DNA of 63,498 bases, filler included, from Atractiella rhizophila (taxonomy: Eukaryota): NCBI GenBank assembly GCA_021432655.1. It is 5 parts of 5 records of this genome, joined end to end, with 100 filler letters (N's around TTAATTAATTAA, not from the genome) between each part and the next. Parts side by side here need not be neighbours in the genome. Positions count along the whole stretch, not along the records: positions 1 to 28,107 come from MU271680.1; 4 more parts are not named here. One strand, given 5' to 3'. Positions 1 through 13,900 of this stretch are shown here, in pieces; positions within the stretch are counted from its first letter, which is position 1; every line of letters begins with the position of its first letter. The position numbers and the translations under genes are program-made. Under the pieces are notes generated by a model, which was not told the DNA's origin, made no database searches, and worked only from the letters and a program-made list of their open reading frames with translations.

Positions 1-2518
1 ACAATCGGTGCCACTGCAAGCTACAATGGCATGCTGGTCGGCACAATTGTCCGGAATACAAACATTGATATCGTTCTGAAGCAAATCAGTCATCGAAGTT
101 GGAGTAAGGAGGAACCCACAAAGACAGCAGCGTGAAACCCAATGATGCAGCCAGAGCAGATGCAATCGCCATTATCGCAATCAATTCCAACATTCGGCTC
201 ACAATTAGTCGGTACACTAGCCGGGATTGAGTGGAATGAAAAAGCCTGGATGACAGCCGCACCATAACCCAAAAGTCTCATCATTAACCTATCAGTTCTG
301 GTCGTGAGTAACACTAAATCCCTAAGGCGAGACAGAAACTGACCGCAGACTTCGCGTATCCAGGCTCACATTGGGTAGTCGAGCAGACACAAAGGCCAGA
401 AAGATCACAGTCGATGGTGGCATGTTGGTCAGGACAACTAGAGGGAACGCAGCGCAAGAGCTGATCCTCTGTTTACATCATGATTGACGGTGCGTTAGTA
501 TGTTAAGCTACAAAAGAAAAGCATACGAATGTATCCTGATCTGCAGTCGCCGCACGTGCAAGCGTCGGGATCACACTCGATCGCATAGTTAGGAGGACAG
601 GTGGCAGGAACACTGAAACAACAGTCAGTGTCAAGAAGAGAAAGATCTACGAAGTCTGACCATCTTCCATGGGTGTCGTCATTTGCCTGATGGGAGTTTG
701 GGATATTAAGCCTTTAAGGGGGTGATGGAGAGAACTGACTGAAGATATCTCATAACCGAGCTTGCAATGAGTAGCTGAGCACACGCAGTTACCCAAAATA
801 TCGCAGTCAATGGCTTGGTTGATGTCAGGACACGTTACGGGTTCGCAGAAGCCAGTTATCTCATGTACTGTCAACTCGTCTGAATTAGCTCCCAGCAGAG
901 ATAATGTTGGATCAACGTACATGTATAGCCAAGGTTACAACCTGCACAACTGCACTCTCCAGCTACACAAATGATGGACTGATTAGGGACACAAGTGGTT
1001 GGGAAACAAAGGCCGGAAGTGGTGTCACCTATACAAAGGACAACTTAGTCCTTTCTTTACGTTGTGATGGAAAAATGAGAGTACGACTAAAGCCCTCAAC
1101 GCATGCATTACAATCGCATGCGGTATTGGTTGCACCAGGACAGGTGGTAAGGGAATTAGGAGTGCAATCCGTTGGTACGCTGTGCTCTTGATGTCAAGGA
1201 TAATTTTCTGTTGAAGAGTAAAGGAACTGACCAACGTCCATTTGTAGGGCCAGGAACCTGGTTCCGTCAGTCAACAGCTGAGTCTTTCTATGAATTGTTG
1301 TAAAGAGAAGAAGTACGATAGAATGGACGAAGCCAGATTTGCAAAGTGTGGTCGAGCAAACGCAATTTCCATTGATATCACAAGTAATGACGGCATTGAG
1401 ATCTGGGCAGGTGCTGGGGACACAACGATCTTGGTTATCCACTGAAGCAAGAGCCATAAGGCCACACAACTCTGACTCGGAGAGAAATGGTGACGCACAG
1501 GTATAACCTGCAACGCAACCTGAGCAAGAGCAAGAGGTGGGGGAGCAACTGATGCCTCCGTTCGGCATGCAGGTCGTCGGAACGCTGTGGAAGATTTCGA
1601 GTAAGAGGTCAGACCGTCCTCAGAGAGGGCAAGGATTTACCATCGCCCAGCATTTGGACCGCTCTGAAAGCTCAGTCAGTACCTGTCGCACTCAGCAACG
1701 CCGCGTAAGCACCAACCGTTGCTAATGTAAAACCAGTTTTACAACTAGTTGTTGAACAGGAGCACGTCTGGCCGGTGCAGGTAATCGCTTGATTAATGTC
1801 AGGACAAGTGGAGGGGACACAGAGTCCGGATCCCGCGTCACCTAAGTTGAAACTCAATAATTGCCACGAAGATTAATTAAAAGGGAGCAGACGAACGCGT
1901 GTATCCGGAACTACATGTGCAGGAGCAGTCTCCTCCTGGGGTACATGCCACCTGAGAATTGGGGATACAGGTGTTGGGGACGCTACCCGAATGAAGTCAG
2001 CATCCATCCTCATCACCAGAGAAAAGGGAAAAGGAAGCAAACCAATTTCCGGCATTCGCTCCTGTTCCAGCGACATATCCAGGCCTGCAAGCGCACGTGG
2101 GAGTAGTTGAACAGGTGACAACGTTGTTAGGACGACAATTTGGAGGCGTTGGCTGAGAGAGTACCGGCTGAACATATGTGAGTTGCAGACCCAAGCAGAA
2201 GGTCCATGTAAAAGGAAGACATACTGGAAGCGAGATACTTAAACAGACACAAATACCTCCGTTAATGCTCGTAGATCCCAAAATATTCAGATTAAGAATT
2301 GAATCGACAAAAGCGCAGCCTGAAATGAGTGTTACGCCTACAGCAGAGCGAGGAACACTTAGTAAACAAACCCAATATCATTGTGAAGAGAAAGACCCAC
2401 GTTTGTCCAGTTCCGAATGGTGCTCTTGATGGGACCGCTTGACCGCTGGAGCAAGTGCAGAAGAGAGTACCTGTGCTGGAAGGAGTAAAAGAGGGAGAAG
2501 AACGGAGATTTTAAACAT
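1..2518 (-). CDS. Secreted Cys-rich repeat protein with EGF/laminin-like six-Cys modules; multi-exon; 3' end runs off the window
   Basis: ATG at 2518 gives MFKISVLLPLLLLPAQVLSSALAPAVKR (signal peptide then KR). About 12 exon-sized repeats follow, e.g. CVPSTCPDINQAITCTGQTCSCSTTSCKTGF, CVPSTCPDLNAVITCDINGNCVCSTTLCKSGF and VPATCPPNYAIECDPDACTCGDCRSGY, separated by short GT-AG introns. Confidence 0.85.
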
Positions 2519-3464
2519 GCTGAAGAAAAGTTAAAGAATGTATGTAAACTAATGAAAGACAGAAAGAGCGCAGAGAGTGGGACGGGCTAGAGAGAAAACA
2601 AACAAGGCTTTGAATGAGAGCTCTGAAAGCTTCCTTGGTTCTTTAAAGGGAGAGCCATAAAAATGTGATCGAAATTGTGAACCTTGAGCTTGGGATTTAT
2701 TGAAGGTGAGACGATTAATCGATGCGACTCCTCAATTGAGATCGTCAGCACTCTTTCTCCAAAGTTGTCGAGTCGATGCACGATCGTACGTTAATCCCAA
2801 TCCATCCATTCATTCAAGAATTCAGTAAGACGACCTTAAGTTCCGACTTGCGTTGTACCTCTGTGAGTTGTCTCATTCCTATCCCCATATCTTTCTCACT
2901 CGTGGGTGGTGTACTTGAAACAGAACTCTACTAGTTCGGTCCGTCTATACGTGTTGTCGATCGTGAAGACGGATTATTTGATGAGTTTTGAACGAATGCT
3001 AGAAGCTGTTGAGAGTTTATCCTACAGCCTTGCTTAAAGTTGTCAATAGGCTCACACTCAGCATTCTGGCTCGGGGGAAACAAACTCACTTTGACGTCTT
3101 CACTGTCCAACAAGGGGTAAATTGGGTGCGCATCATTCAAGAGATTTTCAGGCTACTGGTACCTGTATGCTATCACTGCAGACATGGCCCACAAACGGTC
3201 TTCGACGTATTCAAACGCATCAAATCTTACTTGAGCATTCAAACTAAGTGACTCATTTCTATCACCTATCATTCTCATCCTGCTGCCCTTGGCGCACCGA
3301 CACTAGGCGCGCGGGAAAGCGTTTGACTTCTCTCGCCTCCTGCCTTTACCAATCGAAACAGGAACCAACAGTAGCGCCTCGTAGGACTCCAATCAAAGTC
3401 TACGCTTGCTCCTTTCTGCGCACTCATTACTCCACAAGCCAATTTTTCTCACTTCTCTGAATAG

Positions 3465-4048
3465 CATCTTACCCACGGATGGCACACGTCCCTTCTTCTG
3501 GGCATGATCAGTTGCCAGAGAATTCGGTTCCAGGTACAGTTTCCAAGTCCTGTCAGGTTTCCAAACTCTCTGGGTAAACCCTCATGTAGGTTCTCAATCT
3601 ACTAACGGGTCATATTCTCTGCTCTTGAACTGGGTTAAGCTCAACCAATTTTTGGAAAAAGTATCCTAACCCATGGATTCACCTAAAAGGAAGTGAAGGA
3701 GGCATGTAATGCGTACAGAGATTGGGTCATTTGTAGCATGAACAGATGCCAAGGTAAAACAATCCGTCTATTCATTCATTCACCTATTATGGCGACCCAA
3801 GTTTCAACGTTATCACAACCAACTGCTGTGAAAGTCTCGCTGATCCGGTATGAATTGAACTGAACATAAGTGAAGGATGAGGAAGCGTGGGCTTCCATCC
3901 AACAACGTTGAGCTGGGAAAGTGAAGTTTTGCTGGGTGAATGGACGAAACATGTATGCCCAATTTGCGTTCTCCTCTCCCGGAGCATAACGCCTTTCTGC
4001 GAGATTGAAGTGTACTTTAGAAGAGTACAAATCCAGAGAAGTGAGCAT
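3465..4048 (-). CDS. Hypothetical protein (probably spliced; boundaries uncertain)
   Basis: 90-aa ORF 3776-4048 ends near a GTGAAT donor-like site and further exon-like segments lie downstream. No recognisable motif. Confidence 0.25.
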
Positions 4049-5392
4049 CTCAAACAGTTTTTATAGCCATGTCAAACAAAAGGGATGCTGCTGCTTATCG
4101 GTGTTGGTGATTGGATCACACAAGGACAACACCTGAGCCTAGAATAGGAATATTTGTCGAAGAGTGACTTATTCAATAATCATGACCTTGATCTCTAGAT
4201 TCTGTGATCCACTCGATCTCCCTATGAATTCTCGACATTACGAGCGACTTACGCGCAATTGAGCTCGTCCCACTTGTCTTTCCATCTTTCCATTACCACT
4301 ATGTATCACCCAACCTCCTCCACGTCTCCATCCCATCTCCTAACTTTGACCATTGGACCCTGAAAGCATTGTCGCCGCTTTGACATCGAGCGTGAAATGG
4401 TGTTGGTCCCAAATTATGGTTTGAAAGGGAACGCAAGGACTCGCGTGAAAGCCAGGCGGGCGGGGAGACTGGGGCGGGAAGGTCGGTTCGGTTTCGGCCG
4501 CGGCAAAGATCAGCGGCTACGTACCCCACACCTTCAATAGCTGAGCGTCTCAGCAAAACACCACTCTCAAATAATAATCAAACGACCAAGTTGAAAGAAG
4601 CAAAATAGTCAAGTAATGTCCAACCCACTCTCGCTTTCGGCTGCGTCACTTCAGCGTCTGTCTGCCCTCCATTCATTACCCCCCGAAGCGTGGAAAAAGA
4701 GCGGAGGACATAAGAGGACAGGGGTTCAGGTTTACACTGGCAGTTATGATGGACAGAAGGTTTATAGGGGTGTGGGTATAGCGGGAGTGATGAAGGAGGA
4801 AGCGTTCGAGGTGGTCGGGAGGAGGGAGGAGTGGGATGAATGGTACGCACTTTTTCTGCGCCGGAATCTGTTTGTGTATGGAGTACTTGCGTTGCATGCT
4901 GTGAAGTGTGAGAGCTAAGACGAAGAGAATTTGATATATTAAAATTCTAGAAGGAACGGGCTGGCTCAGAAGAGAAGTGAAGAATTAAACGAGAAGTTGA
5001 GCGAGAATTGTAGGCTGTCTGTGTTCTCTTCCAACGTGGGTTCGGTCAGAGTGAGAATGCGACAATTGTCTTACGACTCTAACTTTGACTTCCTGTGGGA
5101 GAGAAAACATTTCCTGTAGTTCGTACTTCGCGGGAAGGCTCCGCTGAATCGGGAGCGCTTGCACTTTCATTTCCGTTTCGACAACAAGAGAAATGGCTGT
5201 CTTGTGTTCTCTGACCTGGGCGAACATGCCACCTGGTGCCTGCTCTTACTCTGCGTCGTTTCCGCATGTCACTACCCCTCGACCGAAGTGACTCTTAAGA
5301 GCGGGAAGAGAAAGAGAGTGACACAAAACAAACGCGTAGATTAGTAGGGATGACGAGTAGCAGGCATTCTGATCATGTTCAGCCCTGCGAGT

Positions 5393-5799
5393 TCAATCTT
5401 GTTCCTTCTTCTGCTTCCGCCTGGCCCTCTGTAGACGTTCTCTATTATGGAATGCATGAAAGGGGATGAGGCGGATTGATAGGAGTTGAACTCTCTCCTC
5501 CAGTTCGCCTATTTGTATAGTTATACAGATGAAGCCATATCCAATTTTGTTTTTGAGCTTGCAAGTCGCAATGCTTTTTGGCAACCGTTCAACGCATGCA
5601 ATGCGACCTGTTGACCCAATAAGAAGAGGTATACACCAGCAGAGATTCTTCTCAAGAAACCGCTTACAAGTTTGAGAGGCAGTGTAGTTCCGAGACCTTG
5701 TGCATTTATTTCAAAGTTCTGACATGATCCCCTGACGGTCAGGTACGAATCAGGGAATTTGGTCGAAAATTTGGACGACCAGACGAGCTTGACGTACAT
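5393..5799 (-). CDS. Hypothetical small protein
   Basis: ORFs 5521-5826 and 5393-5584 may be joined by a short intron near 5610-5635. No motif recognised. Confidence 0.2.
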
Positions 5800-6150
5800 G
5801 GTAATGAAAGGTATTATGGGCAGCAAGTACGCATTTCTACTCTTTAAAATTCCGTTTTGACCTGGTATCTAGGACCCGAGATCTGTCTCTTGTTGAACGA
5901 GTCGAAGTCGCCAACAATGGATCGATTTATTTTTGCACCACTTCTATCGAACACCCTCAAATTCCAAAGGTCAGCGGACGCATTCGAGCCACCATTTCAC
6001 TTAACGGTTGGGTACTGGAAGATCATGTCCCCCCTCCGGCTCCAACGTGGAAAGACGCGAAGCAAGAACCGAAAGGTTATACCAAAATATTTTACTACTT
6101 ACAGGTGGATGTTAAGACTTTTTTGCCCAACCTAATAACGACAAAGTATC

Positions 6151-8112
6151 TTGCTAGACGTCAGTCCCAATTTCCCTTCATTGAACAAAATTAGCGGTAT
6201 TGAAATTTTATTAGGTCCTCTGTGCATTTCGCGGATTATTAATTACTTCAACAAGCACGGATCGTCATTCACTGAGTCCACTTACGAACTTGACTATGAA
6301 GGCGAGGACGATGCTCCCGAAGGAACCGAACTGGAAAAGAAGTCATCCGTTTCCAGCTCGATTAAGCATCAAGAGTCCATCGAGCACCAAGAGGTGATCT
6401 CGGACGAATCCTATATGGTAGAGGAGAAAAGAAAAAGACGGAAGTCGACCAGAAGGGACAGCACCAGTCGGAAGAAGGAAGACATCGCTCCATCGCTAGC
6501 CGAGAGCACTCTTCCGGTTCCCACTCCTCGTGCCCTCACAATTTTCCCTGTTGCTTCTGTTTCTGGAGCTGAAGGACCAGTGACCGAGGGTTTGGAGAAG
6601 TTTAGCGCTGCTATAGACTTGAAGACTGCTGGATGGAAGAAATCTTTCGATGTGAGCGAGTCAGCTATCTGGACAAAGTCCTGCGGGGATGGAAAGATGC
6701 CGATGGTGAAGGGAGAGTCAATTGTGAGGGATGAAGAAGAGGAGATTTCCACAGAGAGTGTGCTTGGAGTCATCCTCAGCCACGCCGCAAGAAGGGTATG
6801 GGATCAGCAGTGGGTGAGCTCGGCTTTGGTGAAGGGGCAGACGGATGAGGATAAGGTCCTCTCCGAAATCTGGAAAGGCGTGTTCCCTCATCTCGACAAC
6901 CGTTTCATCTATCTGCGCCGAGGCATCCACCGAAGTGACGTCGATTCACTGAATGGAGCCATCGATATCGTATCTTGCTCCGTTCCAGCGAAACGAGCGT
7001 CCTCTACAGCCTTCGATGAAGTCCACTTCTCAGGTTTCAGACTCGAACCGCTCCCTGGTGGAGGTGTCAGCGTCGTCCACGCCAACCATCACGATCCCAC
7101 CGATCGATCCCTGAACGCTGCTGTCATCAAAGTCCTTGCCACCTCAATCGCTCAACGCCCAAAGGCTCTCAATGAATGCATTAATAAGTACGGGTATCCG
7201 CCACATTTTGTGCGATGGGAGGAAGGCGGCTGGAATCTTACCGACGATGGAGGGAACGTTGAGGACGGAGAGCTTTGGTTTCAAGCGGAGAAGTCAGAGG
7301 GAGGTGAGACTAAGGATCAGAAATGCTGGCTCAAGGTCAGTCACGACATCCCTTTCCTATTGTTGCCTCTAACGGCCGACTGCAGTGGAGCCAAAGGATG
7401 TACCCTCGTGGTATTAACATTTCGGTGGCGAATGAGGATGTCATCGCAGACGTCTCGATTGTCAAGGGTCTCCAACGGGTAGTGCAGCTAACTTGGAATC
7501 CATCATTCTCAGACGGGAAGGTGAAGCTAATGGTCTCCTCTTCCAGCGAAGGCCGCAGTCCCTCGTTCGCATCCTTTAATGGACAGAAGGTAGAAAGCAC
7601 AATTGACACGTCGGTTCGTGCCAACGATTCCAAGCCTTCGAAATCTGGTAAACGCTCAGTTGAAGCCGCACCTAAGGTGACCAGCCGTGAGGTATGAGTT
7701 TGTCTCGTCCGTTGGTGGACCTTTCTCATGATTTGCGCAGAACTTCTCGTCACCAGAACCAGTGTCACCGCCGCTTGAGAAATCGTTTCTTCCGCCTCCT
7801 CTGCCTGTTAAATCAGCCGCCGACTCCTCATCCGTCCCTTCAGGGCTCGAGACATCCTCGGGATCTACTCGCGCTCGTTCTACGTCCCGTTCGGACGTAG
7901 AGACTCTTGATAATCGCAACTCTGTTATGCCGAAGACTCCCAATCTTATCGGCGGTTACAGACCCCCTTCAGTCGCCACCAGCGTGACCGAAAAAGCCCT
8001 CCCTGAAGATGCTATGCTCATCATCTCTAAGGATTTGTATTTTACCCGCCAACAAGTCTTTTTGATGTTAGGAATGATGGCGTTTGCTTTCTTGTGGGGT
8101 AAATTCCTCTAA
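6151..8112 (+). CDS. START/SRPBCC-like lipid-binding domain protein with a C-terminal transmembrane anchor
   Basis: START-like motifs: GWKKS, MPMVKGE, RRVWDQ, SGFRLEPLPGGGVSVVH, INKYGYPP. Introns near 7336-7386 and 7692-7740 link the three ORFs. Ends in hydrophobic VFLMLGMMAFAFLWGKFL*. Start codon uncertain (first in-frame ATG 6415). Confidence 0.65.
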
Positions 8113-8394
8113 TCAACGGACTGGCACTTCGATGAGGATGCATGGAGAATGTTTGGATGGCTCATATGAGCTGTTTTGTGCAAATGAAAAAATTGGGATA
8201 TATTTTGTCCGTCGCTCGCTCAGTCTGTGTCTTATTTAGGTATCACCTCGACTCCTTCATTCCTCTGCTTTTTATTCTGGATTTCCACCTTCCTTATTTT
8301 CCTATCGGGAATTGTCTGTAGCTGCGCTCAAAGTGAAATGCATGCGAATCATCAAATTCTCGTTGCCGGTCTGAGGGACCTTGACATCATTAAT

Positions 8395-10719
8395 CTACAA
8401 CGTCCATCGAGGAGCATTGCTTCCCTCCCTGTCCAGCTTCCTATTCTTCTGCTGATATATGAAGTGTAGCAGCAAAGCGACAATGGCTGTCATGATAAGG
8501 AATCTGAAGATTCCAATGAGTGACTAGTTTGGTAAAGATCAGTGAAAGGTGCTTGCCCGAAGTTCACCCAGTTTCCAGTTGGGAAGGCAGGCTTCTCTTT
8601 GGACACGTAAATCCAAACACCAATCATTTGTCCACATCCTCCAAAGCTCACATTCAAGGGGACAGCAATTGTCGCTCCTGTCGTACCACGAGAGTTGGTG
8701 GAAATCCAACCCAGCAAAGGTGGGATACAGGCGAATGCTCCTGACACGGCCATGAAGAGGACGCTACCGTATCAAATGAGCCCGGTATCCGCATTGGGAA
8801 TGCAAAAGAGAAGATGCCTCACATGTAACGTCCGGTGTAATTGTTACCAGGGAGGGATGCTTCCAATGCAAAAGCCAACGCCGCTATCGTAGCTGTTATC
8901 GCGCATGCTAGACCACGCCGGTTATAATGATCTCCCAAGAACGCAGTGAGAAGCGTGATGGGGTACGCGAACGCGTCTAGTTTTCCAACGTCAATTATTT
9001 GTCAAAGGGGGGAATGTTGGCGAATACACACATGGTGGTACACTTTAAAAATAATTAGTTCAAGCAGTTTAATAGGACTCAGAGGACGCACGAGAAAAGG
9101 TTCGCGTGGAGTGATGTGTACCCCAATCCATTGACTAGGTAATAGAGGTATAAGCAACTACCGAAGGGAATTTAGATACTAACTGATGGAAGGGCTAAAC
9201 AAGCTCAAGCTTGAGAATGGAGCAGAAATGCCAATGTATGCCAGCTATCCCAGTTTGCCGATCGTCAATACTGTTCCAGCTGACGCCCAAACACAGAGAC
9301 CTACATAATGGAGGTATAACCTCCATTCACACAGCACCTTTTTCGTCTCTGCCCACGTCACCTTCTCCCCACCTTTGCTCCCATCCAAGCCAGCCAGTCT
9401 CGCTGCACTGAGCGCTTTCTCGTCAGTCGAGAGCCACTTTGCACGTTCTGGAAAATCGGGGAGGCAGAACCAGACAATAAAAGCGAGAAGACCTGGTTAT
9501 CGACATATGCATAATCAAGTAAGAGGAACTCAGAAGTAAAAGAAAGACCTACAAGAGGGGATGCCTTCGAGGATAAAGATCCATCTGCTCGCCGAAATTG
9601 GAAACCGCTCCGGAGAAGGAGAGGGGATAAAGGACGAACCGCCAAGCGTGCAATCCTGCTTTATCATCTAGCTTTGTAATCCCGTACGCGAGAGCTCCTC
9701 CAAAAGCACCAGCAAGCGTAGCGGAGGCAAGGATCAGAGCAGCGCGGAGAGAACGTTCTTCCGGGCGATACCAGAAAGTCAGACTATCCATCCATGCATC
9801 AGGGTTGCAAGTATATCGTTAAATGGAAGAAACGTACTAGTATACCAATCCTGGAAATAAACCAGCTTCCACTGCGCCAAGGAGAAAGCGGACAACAACG
9901 AGACTGGCGTAGCCCTGAACAGCTCCTCTATGGGGCAAACGTCATTGCTCCTCATCGGAAGGATGGAGACGGCGCACAAGCACATCGTAAGTACTCCCCA
10001 CGTAAAACATAGGATCGCAATCCAGCGGGAAGGACGGAGTTTCTTCAGCCTGCAATCGGTTGAACCGAAATAACAAGAATGTGTCAGTCCACACTTTTTG
10101 ACAGGGTGACAGCCATGTGGGACATACATGATGTTTGAAGGTGTCTCGAAAAGTGTGTATCCCAAGCTGCGTGGTGAAGAAATCGTGAGCGCTAAATATC
10201 TAGTGTGGAGAAAGGGGACACACAAGAACAGCATCAACGCTACGTTGAGCTGATGATCAGATATTCCCAGATCTGCCGTCCTTCACCGGGATCGAGGAAA
10301 TCTTGAGCTCACCATTTTGATGAAGGGAGAAAACGAACAGGTTGTGATGCTTCTCTGAAGCTGCAATTTTTGCATTCCCAATCTGAAATCCAAGTCAGCA
10401 CTTCAGAAATCTCCAGACAGAAGACATACGTTACTTCTATCTAAATAGCAGAAGAGATATATGATCGCTGAGAGGGGCAGAATACGCAAGTCCTATCCAA
10501 TTAGGCAGATGAGCACCCGAAACAAAGACTGAAAATGAGACGAACTTGTTTCTTGACTAGCTTTCTGCTCGCAATCTCGTCGTAAGAACGTCCCTCCTTC
10601 CCTTCTCGTCCATCTACATCCTTGCCAGTCTCTGACAGAGCTTCTAATCCACCTTCCAGCTTCTCATCCTGATATTTATCGTCACGAGCATCCTTTGTCG
10701 CCTCCCGCAAGTTCAACAT
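8395..10719 (-). CDS. MFS transporter, anion:cation symporter (Tna1/Dal5-like) family
   Basis: Exons encode LFETPSNI, LKKLRPSRWIAILCFTWG, LTFWYRPEERSLRAA, AGAFGGALAYGI..LHAWR and GQMIGVWIY..PAFPTG. C-terminus NAPRWTL* at 8395; ATG at 10719. Confidence 0.9.
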
Positions 10720-10972
10720 CGTAAACAGCTCCAAAAATCGAAATCGATGTGGTCCAACTGCAGACGGTTGGGGATGCTGATGCAACGAGGAACAACTCGT
10801 GGCTAGCGAGCGCTAGAAAAGGAAAGCACGTAACATGCAACATTTTCCAATTCGAGTAGGATGATCATTTCTCCTTTGTATTGTTTCCTATTTTGGAATG
10901 ACTTAGTCTTTAGTTTAGACCAGAGACGTAGTGAAGGAACTGTCAAACGGGACACAAGATCTTTCTATTTGT

Positions 10973-13900
10973 ATGGCTCAGCAAATGGCTACCACCTCTC
11001 TCCGCCAGTCCATCCAAACTATCGTACTCGGCGGCGGTCACGCAGGGGTTGAAGCCTCATGTGCGGCTGCCAGGGTCGGAGCGAAGACCATGTTGGTTAC
11101 CCAGAGGTGGGATACAGTGGGAGAAATGAGTTGCAACCCATCGTGGGGAGGTATTGGCAAGGGGACATTGATTAGGGAGCTCGATGCTCTGGATGGGGTT
11201 GCGGGAAGGGCGGCTGGTGAGCTTTTCTCACTTTTTGTTGTGTCTGCAATTTTGTTCTGTTCCTTGGAATGAGCCAAATTGCATTTAATATATTCGTACA
11301 TATGCACGAGAATATGCAAGCATGGAACAAAGGCGCATATGGCACTTTTTGACCGTTTTGCAATTTTTGCAGCGACAGTCGCTGAAGCTAGAACTCTAGT
11401 TTTATTTTTTCCAAGACGATGCTCTGAAGCCAAATCTTCCTAGCTGAACCTTATTGAACTTACGTTCTACGTGATTCAACTGCCTATTGTTACTTGAGCT
11501 TGCACTGCGTTGTAATGAGGGGCAAATGCATACGTTGGAGACTGTCTTCAGGTAGCGCTCCCTGGTCACATGTCGCTCTGTTCTGCACGAAGAAGGCCTT
11601 GCCGTACGCCGCTAAAGGTAATATCACAATAGCACCACAGTGAAAGTAAAGTGCGGATATATGTTAAGCAAGATACTGTCGTCAGCAAAGAAGTTTGCAG
11701 TAGGTTCTTAAATTTTCATTAACGGTTCCATTGTCGCCCATCATTCTTCCTTTCAAGGCGAGCTCAAGTAGCTTTGTTCGACTTTTTAGTCCTAATCTGT
11801 GCTTCTGTAATCCAGATCAAGCCAGTCTACAACATCGCGTCCTCAATCGTTCGAAAGGTCCAGCGGTCTGGGGTCTACGAGCACAAGTCTCTCGCAAGCT
11901 CTATAAATCCGAAATTCAACGCGTCGTTTCTTCACACAACAACCTAACGGTGAAAGAGGGCATTGTTTCGGACCTCCTGTTATCGGACGATGGAAGAAAA
12001 GTACGAGGTGTGCGCTTGGAGACCGGAGAGGAGGTAGAGTGCGAAACATTGGTTATTTGTACCGGCACATTTCTTGGAGGAGAAATACATCTGGGTTTGT
12101 TCCCTCCTGTCTCAGAACGGAATATGCAATAACGAGGCGGGATAGGGAGGAAAGTCGTACCTCTCGGGCGAATGCCCAGTGAAGGAGAACCAGAAGTACC
12201 CGCTTCAGCTCTCTCACTCGCTTTCAAGAAAGCAGGCTTTAAGCTGGGCAGACTGAAGACAGGAACGCCGCCTAGGTTGAAAGGAGCCAGCATCAACTAT
12301 AAGGGGATGATGACGTAAGTTCTACTTTATTCCATTTGATGGTCGAACTGAAGGAGGATGTGTCCATAGTTCGGAAGGCGATCAACCGCCTGTTCCTTTT
12401 GGCGAGCTCGGAGAAGGTGTGAGGACCGATGTTTGTGTTCTCCTTCATTCACGTTGAAGACAATCGTTGACCCATGGTAGGGAGAGCAAATAAGATGCTA
12501 TCTTACCCGTACAACAAAAGAAACGGCTAACATTGCACGCTCCAATATGGATAAAAGTATGTATGTAAAAGAAGAGGTAAATGGTACGTTGTTTTCTCAT
12601 TTATTGGATGTGACATACCATCAGAATCGGATTTATCTTTCCACCAGGGCCACGGTATTGCCCCTCATTTGAGGCCAAAGTCATACGATTCGAGAAGAAG
12701 GAATCACACCAGGTTTGGTTGGAACCGGAAGACTGCGATCAAGGTATGTACATACCCTCGCTCGCGCTTCATTAGCATTCCTGACAAATGATCTCAAAGA
12801 GATAATTTACCCTCAGGGCTTGTCGATATCTCATCCTGAGGACGTTCAACTCCAGCTCCTCCGCTCAATTCCTGGTCTAGAACACGTGGAGATGCTACGA
12901 CCGGGCTATGGAGTGGAATATGATTACATTGACCCTACTGGACTCAAACGTTCGTTCCTCCTACTTCATTTCCTCCCCGAATCATCCCGCTTCGTAGACA
13001 CTCTCGAGACGCGAGCGATTGATGGCCTCTTCCTCGCTGGGCAGATTAACGGGACCACCGGCTATGAGGAAGCGGCATCGCAAGGCGTCATAGCTGGTAT
13101 TAATGCAGGAAACAAAGCTCTTCGAAGAGAGCCTTTAACTTTAACAAGGGCGGATGGGTATATTGGAGTCATGATTGTGAGCTTCGTCTTCTTCCCAAAG
13201 AGCTTGGCCTGTGTTAATAGACGAGCAGGATGATTTAGTCACGAAAGGCGTACAGGAGCCTTGTATCAATTCTCACTCGCTTTAAGGATGCATTGTTAAA
13301 GCGACTTTGCAGACCGGATGTTCACGTCACGGACAGAGTATCGAATGACACTCAGGCCGGATAATGCCGACGTTCGATTGACAGCCAAAGGTAACAAACC
13401 CACTCGCCTTTCTCGCACCTCTAAGCTGTAGTCAGGACATGCTATTGGAGCCATCAGTCCTCGCCGCTGGGCTTATTTCAACAACACCCGCTCTCAACTC
13501 GAAGATGGGAGGAAAATGCTACAAGAATTTATTCTTTCTGCACGACGATGGCGGACTGCTGGAATACAGATTCAGGATGACGTCGGTGCCATCAAGTTAG
13601 TGAAGACACCCTTCTGAATTCCTGCTGACTGAACGCACAGCGCCATGGATTTGCTTCGTTATGAGAACGTTCATCCTTCAGCATTGACGCATTTGATTCC
13701 CCAATTGTCGAATCTCGAAGCTCGAATATTGGACCGCTTAAAGATTGAAGGTGTGTGGTTCCCCTTTGTGGTTTTATTGCTCTCGTCTGACTTGAGCTTA
13801 GGAGCGTATAAGTAAGTGGTTATGCATGCCAAAGCTAGCTCCTGATCAAGGTCCAGGGTTCGCCTAAGGAGGCAAGAGGCAGAGATTCGAGCATTCGAGA

